Below the pieces are notes generated by a model. The model did not search any database. It was not told the origin of the DNA and saw nothing but the letters and a program-made list of their open reading frames with translations. Made by a program: the position numbers and the translations under genes. A stretch of DNA of 64,000 nt from positions 2,112,001-2,176,000 of the forward strand of contig OZ219787.1 in the NCBI GenBank assembly GCA_964291285.2. Reading direction: 5' to 3'. Source of the DNA: Alphaproteobacteria bacterium (lineage in GTDB: Bacteria > Pseudomonadota > Alphaproteobacteria > Bin95). Position 1 is the stretch's first letter, and each line of letters begins with the position of its first letter. Below are positions 1 through 9,599 of the stretch, one piece after another.

Positions 1-1
1 A

Positions 2-1018
2 TTACCTGAGCCTCCGGTAGGGCAAGCCCGACGCCGGGCCGTCCTCGAACCTCACGCGCAGCGGCTTCGCCGATATCTCCGTAACCAGCGCCCCGTCCGG
101 AAGCTCATCTCCCTCCCGGACCCACCACTTGCCGTCCCCGTCCGTCACCCCGGCCTGCAAAACGCCCGCGCGGCCGATGATGCTGAACCAGCCGTAAACC
201 TCGTGCGTCTCCGGCTCGGGCGCCTCCAGGACCACGACAGGTTCCGGCTCGGCTTCCGGCTCGACTTCTTCCGCCGGCGCGGGCGCCTCCACCGGTGCGG
301 TTGCCACCATCGCCAGAAGCTTGCGCTGCTCGACTTCCTTCGCAGCAGCCGCCGCGCCCAGGCGCGCGCCCTCGATCCGAGCCCGCGCCGTCTGCCGGCG
401 TTCCTCGAGCGCGATCGCCGCCTTCTCCCTGGCCACGTGGTCCTCGCGCAGCACCTTGGCGAGGTCGAACTCCGCCTTCAGCACCTCGTCCACCACCTGC
501 CACCGGTCCCGGCAGAACTGGATGATCTCCAGCTCCAGCCCCAGCGATGCGCTGATCTCCGCCTCCTCAACCGCCGTCTCCAGCATCCGGGCGACCTTCC
601 CGCGCGGGCAGCCGAATACCTCCGCAACCTCGCGCTCCCGCTCCGTGAGAACTCTCGGCCCGGAAGGAGAAGAAGCCGGGGCGGCAGTGGGAGGAGGGAC
701 CTGCCGCCCCGGCAGACCCGCAGCGGCCGGATCCGTCCCGTCCGCCTGCCGCCCCGGCTCGCCGGCAGCGGACGGCGCGGCCCGTTGCACCGCTGCCGGA
801 TTAGGTTGATCGGCCTCGCTGGCTTCCGGTGGTCCCCGCTTCGGAGGCGGCTCAAGGACAAGCGGCACAACCCGGCCCGCCGTTCCTTCAACCCTCTGAG
901 TGACGTCCGTCCCATCGCCGGCGCCCGCAGCCTGGCCCCACGTCGCATGCGGCGCCGCGGCCAGGGACGCTCCCAGGGCCGCTCCGGCAAGGCGCACCAT
1001 GAAACGCGAGAACGTCAT
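2..1018 (-). CDS. PilP-like type IVb pilus biogenesis protein (signal peptide, Pro-rich linker, coiled coil, C-terminal beta domain)
   Basis: C-terminus 'SIIGRAGVLQAGV...VREGDELPDGALVTEIS' resembles PilP-type domains; GAGG RBS; same operon as PilO-like and secretin-like genes. Confidence 0.55.
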   Translation of the reverse strand: MTFSRFMVRLAGAALGASLAAAPHATWGQAAGAGDGTDVTQRVEGTAGRVVPLVLEPPPKRGPPEASEADQPNPAAVQRAAPSAAGEPGRQADGTDPAAAGLPGRQVPPPTAAPASSPSGPRVLTEREREVAEVFGCPRGKVARMLETAVEEAEISASLGLELEIIQFCRDRWQVVDEVLKAEFDLAKVLREDHVAREKAAIALEERRQTARARIEGARLGAAAAAKEVEQRKLLAMVATAPVEAPAPAEEVEPEAEPEPVVVLEAPEPETHEVYGWFSIIGRAGVLQAGVTDGDGKWWVREGDELPDGALVTEISAKPLRVRFEDGPASGLPYRRLR

Positions 1019-1028
1019 CGGCGCCGCC

Positions 1029-2324
1029 TCACCGCGTGTTCGGTGTCAGCAGCGTCCACATCCGCGGCGTGACACCCAGTTCGCGCGCGAGGTCGGGCCA
1101 GGCGATGCTCTGCGCGTGCTCTTCCTCGCCGTCGACCGTCACCTGGAGCCGGCCCTTCGTCCAGCGCCAGCGCCCGGTGAAATACTGCTCGCCCGGCGCG
1201 ATAATCGTCAGCGTCTTGTCATGAAAGAGGAACCGGTAGTCCGCATACCGCTCGCCCATCCAGGGCAGCGCCACCGGCTCTCCCCCGCCGATCAGTTCGT
1301 CCGTCAACTGCCAGGCAGGGTAACGATGTCCAGTCGAAAGCAAGGGAACCGGATAGCCGATCGGGTAATAGATGGTGCCGACCCCGGGAATCTCGGAAAT
1401 CCGCCATTCCTGGCCGGAGGAGTCCGTCTTCCTGGTTACCGTTCCGAAGGCGTAAACCTTGCCGTCATACCCGATCTGCCAGATCTCGGTGTTCTCGGAC
1501 CAACCCTCGGTGAACACGTAACCGTTCCCGAGCGAGGACAGCAGGACATTGCCCTCCTGGGCCTTCATCCAGGCTTCGATCTCTTCCTTGCTGGTCGTCG
1601 GCTTGCCGCCCGAAGCCGCGAGCCCGGTCCGGCCCGGGCCGGTGTGCTGCGAGCCCGGGAAGTTCCGGATCGGCGCGTCCGGGTCCTGCCGGCGCAGCTC
1701 CTCGAACCTGCTCGACGTCTGCTTCTCGTTGATCGCCATGCCCGCCGGCAGCTCGATCTCCGGACAGCCATCCGCCATGACCCGCGGCCAGCTGTCCTGG
1801 ATCCAGCCCGTGCGGTTTATTCGCCATTTCCTCTTGTGAGGGTTTTTGTGCTTCAGCAGGCCTTCATCACGTACCACCCCCGTGCGCGGCTGGTAGAATA
1901 TGAGAGACCGGTACGTCTTCCCGTTTATCTCCCACGTCTTGGCCGCGCCGGTCGAGTGCGTCTCGAACGTCAGCCTGTCCTGTTGCGATCGATAGTTGCC
2001 CGTCTTTCTGACCAGGTAGCACATCGATGCCGTGCCGTCGGGCCGCACCAGTTGCGCAAGCAGCGTTCCAGGAAAGGGGTTGTATTCGTGCACGAAGACG
2101 CGGTCGGAAGTCAGGTTCCTGAAAAACCGCGCATTGTGCGAGCTGTGGCTTCGGAACACCCTCCAATAGGGGCGTTCGGATATCTCCGGCAGGGCAGCGG
2201 GAGGAGGCACCTGCTGCTGCCCGTGCGCCGTGCAGGACGCCACCAGCAGGCCGGCCAGAACCGCCGCCAGGACAGGCTTGAGGGTCATCATGCATTCCTT
2301 CATCGTTTGGTCCTCATGGGTCAT
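1029..2324 (-). CDS. Hypothetical exported protein, possible lipoprotein
   Basis: ATG at 2324 overlaps the desaturase stop (ATGA); hydrophobic leader '[13 protein letters not shown]' with lipobox-like VASC; the ORF-track extension to 2711 overlaps the desaturase and is probably spurious. Confidence 0.7.
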   Translation of the reverse strand: MTHEDQTMKECMMTLKPVLAAVLAGLLVASCTAHGQQQVPPPAALPEISERPYWRVFRSHSSHNARFFRNLTSDRVFVHEYNPFPGTLLAQLVRPDGTASMCYLVRKTGNYRSQQDRLTFETHSTGAAKTWEINGKTYRSLIFYQPRTGVVRDEGLLKHKNPHKRKWRINRTGWIQDSWPRVMADGCPEIELPAGMAINEKQTSSRFEELRRQDPDAPIRNFPGSQHTGPGRTGLAASGGKPTTSKEEIEAWMKAQEGNVLLSSLGNGYVFTEGWSENTEIWQIGYDGKVYAFGTVTRKTDSSGQEWRISEIPGVGTIYYPIGYPVPLLSTGHRYPAWQLTDELIGGGEPVALPWMGERYADYRFLFHDKTLTIIAPGEQYFTGRWRWTKGRLQVTVDGEEEHAQSIAWPDLARELGVTPRMWTLLTPNTR

Positions 2325-3163
2325 CGCTCGATCGCTCCAGGTTCCAACGGACCCTGAAGCCGTTCGCCGCGTCCCTTTTCCCGATCGGATTTCGCCAGCC
2401 CCGCCAGCCGGAGCAGAAGCCCCGCCGGGTCGAGAACCGGATGGAAGACCGCAAGGCCGGGGGCGGCGTGGTGGTTGTTGTGCCAGCCCTCTCCCCAGGT
2501 GAGAAGCGCCACCGCCAGGTTGTTGCGGCTCTCGTCCCCGGTCCCGTGGGGCCGCGTCCCCCAGCGGTGGCAGACCGCGATCACGATCCCGCCCGCCCAA
2601 AGCGTCCCTGCAACCGGAACGGCCCAGGCAAAGACCGCAAGCCGCCAGTCCAGCACCGCAAGGACCGCCGGCCAGGCCAGAGCCAGAGGCAGGTAGTGCC
2701 GGTGAACCCACAGCCCGAACCGGTCGCCGCGCATGCCATGCCGGACCGCCGGTCCGGGCACCCTGCCTTCATAGTTGCCGATCAGCAGCGCGCGCCAGCC
2801 GAGCCTGCCCGCCGCATGTGGATCGCCTTCACGGTCCGAATGCGCGTGGTGGCGCCGGTGCAGCGCCGACCAGCCGGCCGCCGACCCGAAGCACCCCATG
2901 ACGCCCAGAACATGGAAGCCCGCCACGGCCCAACGCGGCGCCGTGAAGCTGCGATGTGCGAAATAGCGGTGGAAGCCGATCGACAGGCCGATGCAGCCAT
3001 AGAGGAAGTAGCAGGCCACCGACAGCGCCCACCACCCGGCACCCGTACCCGCCCCGGACAGCGCCCAAACCGTCACCGCAAGAGTGAGAAACTGGACGCC
3101 GGTGAACAAGGACATCGGCGCGCCGCAGGTTCCCGCCGTCCACCGCCCATCTCTGCGTGCCAT
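2321..3163 (-). CDS. Membrane fatty-acid (acyl-CoA delta-9 type) desaturase
   Basis: Three His boxes HRYFAH, HRRHH and GEGWHNNHH; TM segments; GAGGT RBS before ATG 3163. Confidence 0.9.
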   Translation of the reverse strand: MARRDGRWTAGTCGAPMSLFTGVQFLTLAVTVWALSGAGTGAGWWALSVACYFLYGCIGLSIGFHRYFAHRSFTAPRWAVAGFHVLGVMGCFGSAAGWSALHRRHHAHSDREGDPHAAGRLGWRALLIGNYEGRVPGPAVRHGMRGDRFGLWVHRHYLPLALAWPAVLAVLDWRLAVFAWAVPVAGTLWAGGIVIAVCHRWGTRPHGTGDESRNNLAVALLTWGEGWHNNHHAAPGLAVFHPVLDPAGLLLRLAGLAKSDREKGRGERLQGPLEPGAIER

Positions 3164-3177
3164 GACCGGGCCACCTC

Positions 3178-3693
3178 TCACAGCGCGCACACGTAGTTGC
3201 CGCCGCGTACCCTGAAGCCGAGGCGCTTCAGGAACCGGTCCGTGCGCGCAATGCCGATGCCGGAGGTGACGCCCACATAGAGGCGCACCGCGCCGCGCCT
3301 CTTCGCCCAGCGCCGGAAGCCGTGAAGCAGCCTGATCGCCGCAAGCGAACCCCGGTATTCCGGCAGGACATACCAGCTGAAGATCGAGGCCCCGACCGCG
3401 GGCGAATGGTAGTGCCGCTCGACGACGCCCATCAGCGCCCCGACCACCCTGCCGCCACAGTCCGCCTGCAGCAGGCAGTGCTTCTCCGGCTGCGCCATCT
3501 TCCGTTCGATCGTCTGCCTGACCAGCTCGCCGTCGAACGTGAGCTCCCTGTCGTCCATCTCCTCCCAGGCCCGCCGCGCCAGCGCGACCCGGGCGGCGAT
3601 GTCCGCTCCCGTCTCCGAGAACCGGATCGTCACCGCTCCGGCACGGCCCGGAGTGTCAGGCTCTCTCGTCAGGACGGCCGGCACCGCCGTCAC
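3178..3693 (-). CDS. GNAT family N-acyltransferase
   Basis: '[17 protein letters not shown]...FLKRLGF' acyl-CoA-binding motifs; GTG at 3693 overlaps the upstream stop (GTGA). Confidence 0.8.
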   Translation of the reverse strand: MTAVPAVLTREPDTPGRAGAVTIRFSETGADIAARVALARRAWEEMDDRELTFDGELVRQTIERKMAQPEKHCLLQADCGGRVVGALMGVVERHYHSPAVGASIFSWYVLPEYRGSLAAIRLLHGFRRWAKRRGAVRLYVGVTSGIGIARTDRFLKRLGFRVRGGNYVCAL

Positions 3694-5654
3694 TCCGCCC
3701 GCGGCCCGGCCCGCAAGGCCACGTCCCAGAACACCCTCAGGCCCTGCGGACCGGCATAGACGCCCTCGCCGTAGACCGTGCTGCCGGCCACCCGGCGCTT
3801 CACGGTATCGCTCGTCAGCCCGATCGAGGTGATTCCGGCCGCATCCAGACCTTGCAGTTCGTCCGGGTCGGTCTCGCCGTCCTGGTCGAGATCCCGCCAG
3901 ACGCCAAACATGCCCCACTCGGCATCGTTACGGTCGAGCTGCCCGTCGCGGTTCGTGTCGAAATGCCTGAGACCCTCCAGGTCCGTCTCGGCATTCTCGA
4001 CATAGGTCAGGAACGAGATCTCGTCGGGCTCCGAGATCACGCCGTCCTCGTTCTTGTCATAGACGAGGAACCCGTCATCCGGGGCCGCCCAGGCCATGCG
4101 CGTCCGGTAGCCGTCGCCATTGATGTCGAAAAACGCCGTCGAGTTTTCGAGCGGTACCAGCTCCACGCCGTCGCCGTCGAGATCGAGTATGATCGGCTTG
4201 CCGCCGTCGCCGCCGTTCGCGTTGCTGTCGTCGCCATTGTTGCCCTGATTGCCGCCGTTGGTATCGCTAGAGTCATCGCCCTCGGAATCCCCCGTGCCAG
4301 CCTGGCCGTCGGGGCCCATGCCGCCGCCGTCGTCGCTTGGCCCGTCGTCCTCAGGTCTCACGGGGTCGAGCGGTTCCGTGGGTCGTTGCGGCGGGTTCTG
4401 CGGCGGATTCTGAGGTGGATTCTGGGGCGGATTCTGGGGCGGGTTCTGGGGCGGGTTCTGAGGCGGGTTCTGAGGTGGGTTCTGAGGTGGGTTCTGAGGT
4501 GGGTTCTGCGGTGGCGTCGTGCAGTTGGGAGGCGTCCCTACCTGGCCCGGCGGACAACTGGGCGGCGGCGGCGTCCAGCAGCTGCAGCTCGAAACCGTGT
4601 TCACCAGCCGGTGCTGACCGTCAAGATTCGACGGCGTCCTCCCCGCTGCCGGATAGCGCGTCCGGATTTCCGGTTGGCCCGGCCGCAATACGAACACCCG
4701 GATTTCCGTGTTCTGCGCCCAGTGCTGGGTGCAGCTTCCGCTCGCTATCTGGCCCGGTGCGCAGGAGCAGGAGCATGACCGTGTCCAGGTATGCACCGGC
4801 CCGTCTTCCCAGGTGATCGTCGGCGGATTGATCGGCGTGGGCGGCACAGCCTGCGCATAGACGATCTGGCAGTTGCTCTCCCACCGGACCCAGTCCGTGC
4901 ATTGCCTTGCCTCCGGATCCCCTACCCGGTCTGCACAGTCCGCCGGCCAGGCCGGCGGCGACCCGGCAAGCTCGATCAGGTCGTTGCAATTCGGGTCCGA
5001 ACCCGGGCAGTTCGTCACCGCAGTTGTCTGGATCGGAATCCGTCGGCGCTCAATGAAGGTACCCGTATCCGGCGCAGGACAGGTCTGCGTCCGGTCCTGG
5101 TTCTCCCACCGAACCCCAACCGGCGTCAGCTTCGGATCGTCCACGCCCGCGACCAGCGCCACCCGGTCGCCCGTGGTCGATGGGACCGGCATGCATCCCG
5201 GCAGGCTGCCGTCCTCCCGGCCCCGCGACCCGGCATAGACTCGACCGCCGCGCGTGATGAGCTGCAGCCCGGTCCGCTCACCACCATATGTATAGGGTGC
5301 AACCTGCACCGCGCGTTGGTCCCGGCCGACGCCCTTCAGCTCGTCGCGGTCCGCATAGACAGCAAGAACTTCGTCACAGTAGCGCGCCGTGAGGCCCCGA
5401 TCCGTCCAGCTCTGCAGCCACCAGTCGCCCACCGGCGGAGCCGAGAGACCGTCCCACTCGTCTTCCCAGAGATCGCCGGCGTCCGTCACCCCGATCCGCG
5501 CCTCGACGCTCCGCCAGGCGTTCTCGATCGCCGACGCATGCCCGAGCGCTTCCTGTCGATCGATCCGGTCCGGATCGCCGCTCTGCGCCCATCCCTCAGA
5601 TGACGCAAACGCGAACAGCGCGGCCGCAACCGCGAGAACAGCCCGACGCCTCAT
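3690..5654 (-). CDS. Secreted multidomain protein: signal peptide, Cys-rich region, (PPQN)10 linker, C-terminal FrpC self-processing-module-like Ca2+-binding domain
   Basis: 'MRRRAVLAVAAALFAFASSEGWA' signal; 'PIILDLDGDGVEL...FDINGDG...W...DDGFLVYD...VWRDLDQDG...EL..L...GITSI' follows the FrpC SPM pattern; ATGA overlap with the pilO-like stop. Confidence 0.8.
   Translation of the reverse strand: MRRRAVLAVAAALFAFASSEGWAQSGDPDRIDRQEALGHASAIENAWRSVEARIGVTDAGDLWEDEWDGLSAPPVGDWWLQSWTDRGLTARYCDEVLAVYADRDELKGVGRDQRAVQVAPYTYGGERTGLQLITRGGRVYAGSRGREDGSLPGCMPVPSTTGDRVALVAGVDDPKLTPVGVRWENQDRTQTCPAPDTGTFIERRRIPIQTTAVTNCPGSDPNCNDLIELAGSPPAWPADCADRVGDPEARQCTDWVRWESNCQIVYAQAVPPTPINPPTITWEDGPVHTWTRSCSCSCAPGQIASGSCTQHWAQNTEIRVFVLRPGQPEIRTRYPAAGRTPSNLDGQHRLVNTVSSCSCWTPPPPSCPPGQVGTPPNCTTPPQNPPQNPPQNPPQNPPQNPPQNPPQNPPQNPPQNPPQNPPQRPTEPLDPVRPEDDGPSDDGGGMGPDGQAGTGDSEGDDSSDTNGGNQGNNGDDSNANGGDGGKPIILDLDGDGVELVPLENSTAFFDINGDGYRTRMAWAAPDDGFLVYDKNEDGVISEPDEISFLTYVENAETDLEGLRHFDTNRDGQLDRNDAEWGMFGVWRDLDQDGETDPDELQGLDAAGITSIGLTSDTVKRRVAGSTVYGEGVYAGPQGLRVFWDVALRAGPRAE
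4384..4514 (-). repeat. 12-bp tandem repeat encoding (PPQN)x10 plus PPQR
   Basis: TTCTG recurs every 12 bp with synonymous third-position variation. Confidence 0.95.
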
Positions 5655-6940
5655 CCTGCCGTCTCCCTTTCGCCCGCCCGCGAAGCGACCGGAACCGTCA
5701 ACTTCATGAACTCGTCTTCGAACATGTTGCGGGGCTTCACCCGGCGGCCCTCGAACACCCATTCGCCGTTCTCATGCACCGCAGAGACCACTTCGAGCCC
5801 GTCTATGGTCACGAGCATCGACACGGCGTCCGCGAGCGTGCGGGTCGTCTTCAGAATCACTTCGCGCTTCTTCTTCCAGTGGTATTCGACCGTGAATCCC
5901 CGGAGCGAAAACGTCCCGTCCACCCGGGCCCGGAACAGCTTCGTCTTCGGCCGCTTCCCTTTCCCGGCAAGCGCCATCACCTGGGGCAGCGGTTCCACGG
6001 CAACCACCTGCCCCTTATCCTTCACGCCGGCCCAATACCAAGTCTCCAGCAACTGCTCCGCGAGGCGGCCGTAGACACGGGCCGGGAGAGGGTCCCGCAG
6101 CTTCCAGCGCACCTCGAGTACCGGCCGCTTCTTCAGCTTCTTCGGAGCGTCCGTCTTCGTCCGGTCGAAGGCCGAATGGCAACGCACAGACACCCGGTCG
6201 AAGCCGGCAAGCCACAGTTCGCGGCGCGCGAGCTCGTCGCGGCAATGGGTCAGGAACCGGTGCGTATCGACCGCCACCCGCACCTTCGGGGGTTCCTTCT
6301 CTTCCTCCGCCAGACCCGCCCAGAGAAGCAGGCGGTCCTGGTTGTTCCATCCCCACCAGCCGGCCCCGACGACCGCAACCAGGGCAGCCGCCCACGCCAT
6401 GCGCTTCCTCGTCCAGCCGCTCTTGGGAATTGCCTTCAGGGCATCCACCCCATCGGCAGCCTTCACGATGCCGGCGTCTTCAATGATCGCGTCGACCTTG
6501 GCCCTCAGCTCGTCCTTGAACCGACCGGCCAGGCCGCCCGTCGCCACGACCAGCACCTCGTCTTCGACCGCCGCGTCGCCAAGTGCCTCCAGAGCCTCCG
6601 ACAGATCGCCAAACACCCCGTCCGAAAGCAGCAGCCCGCCGTAGCACCGGACGACCCCGAGCCGCCGCTCGGCGCCCTCATCGCCGTCCTCCTCGACGAA
6701 CGCGATCCAGTTCGTCGCGTCCTCGCGGCCTCGCAACAACATCGCGAGCGCGCCGGCGAGCGGCTTCGTTCCATCGGCGCCGTCGATGTCTTCGCCAAAG
6801 CCGGTCTGCCCCGAGACGTTCACCGAAAGTGGACGCTTGCGCTGTCGCGCGACCCGACGCGCCGCGCCCCCGCGCACCAGCCCCCGGTCCCATTCGAGAC
6901 CGGCCGCAAAGCGGAACCCGCCGATCCAGAGAACGCTCAC
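5651..6940 (-). CDS. PilO-like type IVb pilin accessory protein
   Basis: N-terminal 'IGGFRFAAGLEW' motif, one central TM, about 430 aa, directly after a secretin C-terminus (GTGA overlap at 6937-6940). Confidence 0.7.
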   Translation of the reverse strand: MSVLWIGGFRFAAGLEWDRGLVRGGAARRVARQRKRPLSVNVSGQTGFGEDIDGADGTKPLAGALAMLLRGREDATNWIAFVEEDGDEGAERRLGVVRCYGGLLLSDGVFGDLSEALEALGDAAVEDEVLVVATGGLAGRFKDELRAKVDAIIEDAGIVKAADGVDALKAIPKSGWTRKRMAWAAALVAVVGAGWWGWNNQDRLLLWAGLAEEEKEPPKVRVAVDTHRFLTHCRDELARRELWLAGFDRVSVRCHSAFDRTKTDAPKKLKKRPVLEVRWKLRDPLPARVYGRLAEQLLETWYWAGVKDKGQVVAVEPLPQVMALAGKGKRPKTKLFRARVDGTFSLRGFTVEYHWKKKREVILKTTRTLADAVSMLVTIDGLEVVSAVHENGEWVFEGRRVKPRNMFEDEFMKLTVPVASRAGERETAG

Positions 6941-7245
6941 GCCCCGGAACCCCACTCCGAAATCCCGAGCGGCTCACCGATATCGGCCGTGACCAGCATC
7001 ACCAGCTCTGTCCGGTCGCCGCCGGATTTGCGGACACCCTCCGGCAGCGGCAGAAAGGACAGGAACGTCCCGGACTCTGTCTCCCTGGTGGACCGGTCCG
7101 AAAATCCTGTCAGAAGAAGAGTCTGGCCCTCGGCTATCCGCAGCGTCGAAACGCTGGCCCGCCGCCCGCCGGTCGGGAGCTGGATCGCGTTCCCGCCCGA
7201 TCCGAACTCCGCGAACTCGTGCGGGTCCTGAATGGTTGCAGTAAT
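6937..7245 (-). pseudogene. 3' fragment of a PilN-like secretin gene truncated by the IS1595 element
   Basis: Startless open frame ITATIQDP...NAIQLPTGGRRASVSTLRIAEGQTLLLTGFSD...RTELVMLVTADI...GA* matches a secretin C-terminal pattern and ends at the IS inverted repeat. Confidence 0.75.
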
Positions 7246-7427
7246 GGGGGATTATCCGTTTGACTAAATATCAGCCCGTCTCCTAGCCTGTGCTCTTCAC
7301 AGCGGGAGATCAAGCATGGCGAGGAAATCTGATAGGGTAGAAGGCAGGCGACGCAGCGGCGACGCAGGAAGCCAACTGGCGCAACCGCACCATCTGGACG
7401 CGCGACAATCTCCATGTCCTGAGAGGC

Positions 7428-8630
7428 ATGAACAGCGCCACGGTCGATCTCATCTATCTCGACCCGCCCTTCAACTCCAACCGCACCTATAGCGCACCCA
7501 TAGGCTCGGAGGCGGCCGGGGCTGCCTTCAAGGACTCATGGACCTTCGACGACGCGGACCGCGTCTATCTGGCACTGCTGCAAGAGCGTGACCCGACGAC
7601 TTTCGCCATAATCGACGCGGCCCGGCTGGCGCACGGGCGCGGCATGGCGGCCTATCTCGGCATGATGGCGCAACGCCTCGTCGAAATGCGGCGTGTCCTG
7701 AAGCCGACCGGCAGCATCTATCTGCATTGTGACCCGTTCGCGTCGCATTATCTCAAGATGCTCATGGACGCGATTTTCGGACGCCTTAATCACCGGAACG
7801 AGATTATCTGGTGCTATACTGGCCCCGGCTCACCGCATATGCGCCAGTTCAACCGAAAGCACGATACAATCCACTGGTATTCAGTCGGCGAGACATGGAC
7901 CTTCAATGCCGACGCCGTGCGTATTCAGCACCATGGCAAGACCAAGGCGAATTTCAAAGACGGTTTGCGCGGTTCTGGATTTATCGAGGGCGAATATGGG
8001 CTGACGGACGGCAAAGTCCCTGAAACATGGTGGCCGCAAGAGAAAGGAAATGGACTCGCCATAGCGCCCCGCCAAAAGGCGCAATATGTCGGCTATCCGA
8101 CGCAGAAGCCGCTTGCCCTTCTGGACCGCATCATCAAGGCGTCGAGTAACGAGGGCGATGTCGTGCTGGACCCATTTTGCGGTTGCGCGACGGCCGCCGT
8201 GGCGGCGGAGCGGCTACAGCGCCAGTGGATCGGCATCGACATTTCCGCGAAGGCGGCCGAGCTCGTCACGACGCGCCTGCAAGGCATCCTCGACGAAATC
8301 CCGCTCTACAAGACCGGCGATGTTGTCCACAGGACGGACCAGCCGGGCCGCACGGACCTGGGAGACCTTCCCCACTACCGGACGCACCTGGACTTGCTCT
8401 ACGGCCAGCAGGAAGGCTTTTGCGGCGGTTGCGGGGAGCATTTCCGCAAGCGCAATCTGACGGTGGACCATATCGTCCCGCAAGCGCATGGCGGGACCGA
8501 CCACCTTGAGAACCTTTGGCTGCTGTGCGGCGCCTGCAATTCGTCGAAGGGAACGCGCTCGCAAGAGCAATTCCTGAAAGAGCGTATGCAGAAGCGCGCC
8601 GCCCTGTTCCCGTGGCTGATAGAGGCGTGA
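7428..8630 (+). CDS. DNA amino-methyltransferase (beta class, N6A/N4C) fused to a C-terminal HNH endonuclease
   Basis: DPPF catalytic motif, YPTQKP, 'LDPFCGCAT' SAM motif; C-terminal CGGC...VDHIVP...GG...N...LCGACNSSKG; true start may lie upstream. Confidence 0.9.
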   Translation: MNSATVDLIYLDPPFNSNRTYSAPIGSEAAGAAFKDSWTFDDADRVYLALLQERDPTTFAIIDAARLAHGRGMAAYLGMMAQRLVEMRRVLKPTGSIYLHCDPFASHYLKMLMDAIFGRLNHRNEIIWCYTGPGSPHMRQFNRKHDTIHWYSVGETWTFNADAVRIQHHGKTKANFKDGLRGSGFIEGEYGLTDGKVPETWWPQEKGNGLAIAPRQKAQYVGYPTQKPLALLDRIIKASSNEGDVVLDPFCGCATAAVAAERLQRQWIGIDISAKAAELVTTRLQGILDEIPLYKTGDVVHRTDQPGRTDLGDLPHYRTHLDLLYGQQEGFCGGCGEHFRKRNLTVDHIVPQAHGGTDHLENLWLLCGACNSSKGTRSQEQFLKERMQKRAALFPWLIEA

Positions 8631-9599
8631 CTAGTATGGCCGCGCCCCGCTCGCCAGCCCGTTCTCGGCAATCAGCCGGGCGTAGGTCAGGCGCTTCCCG
8701 ACCATGCCGGCCGCCAGTCCCGCCATTTGTGCCAGCGTCCCGGCTTCGCGGATGTTGTGCCGCCCGGCGAACTCCGCGATGTAGCGGTGAAGGTGCTTCG
8801 GCGAGAACTTGTGATAGACGCCCTTGTGCGCCCGCTTCAACATGGCCCAGAAGCTCTCGATCCCGTTGGTATGCGCCTGCTGGCGGACATACTCGCCAGC
8901 GGAGTGATTGACCGCTTCATGCTGAAACCACACTTGCAGCGCCCGATAGACCGTCGCCTCGTCCGAATAGACCGTCGTGCCGATGCGGGCGTTGTGAGCG
9001 GCGAAGCCTGCCAGCGACGGCGCGTCCGCGTGCTGGACATGGCGGGCGCGAACCTGCTTCGTGCCCCGGTCCTTCACGCCAACGACAATGTCCTTGCCGA
9101 CAGCGCCGCGACCCTCAAGGCTCTCCCGCTTCGCCTTGTGCATGTTCTTGCGCAGCCCGCCCAGATAGACCTCGTCCACCTCTACCGGCCCGTCCATGGG
9201 CGGCTCGTCGTCGCGCTTGAAGGCTTCGCGGATGCGCTGGAGCATGAACCATGCGGTTGCCTGCCGGACGCCTATGTCCCGGCCCAGCTTCACGCTGGAG
9301 ACGCCCTTGAGCGAAGTCAGGTGCAGGTAGATCGCCCAAACCCACTTGCGGAACGAGAGCTTGGACCGCTCCATGACGGTGCCGATGCGGACGCTGAAAT
9401 GCCGCTTGCAGCCGGGGCAGTAGTAGGGCATCGGCGGGTTGCCGGTGCATTCAATCGTCTCGGTATGGCCGCAGCGCGGGCAATGGCGACCGTTCGGCCA
9501 GACCTTCGCCTCAAACCATTCGCGGGCGCTTTCCTCGGTCGGGAACATCTCTCCCAACTCCATGATGGTCACGCCTTCGCGGTAGTGCTTGCCAGCCAT
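8631..9599 (-). CDS. IS1595-family transposase
   Basis: Zn ribbon CPRC...CPGC, HTH, 'VEVDEVYLGG', 'YSDEA..Y', 'HTNGIESFW'; GGAGG RBS. Confidence 0.95.
   Translation of the reverse strand: MAGKHYREGVTIMELGEMFPTEESAREWFEAKVWPNGRHCPRCGHTETIECTGNPPMPYYCPGCKRHFSVRIGTVMERSKLSFRKWVWAIYLHLTSLKGVSSVKLGRDIGVRQATAWFMLQRIREAFKRDDEPPMDGPVEVDEVYLGGLRKNMHKAKRESLEGRGAVGKDIVVGVKDRGTKQVRARHVQHADAPSLAGFAAHNARIGTTVYSDEATVYRALQVWFQHEAVNHSAGEYVRQQAHTNGIESFWAMLKRAHKGVYHKFSPKHLHRYIAEFAGRHNIREAGTLAQMAGLAAGMVGKRLTYARLIAENGLASGARPY

Noticed and set aside
4384-4514. Regular repeat as a possible CRISPR array
   Set aside because: 12-bp units with no spacers, in frame within a CDS and varying only synonymously.
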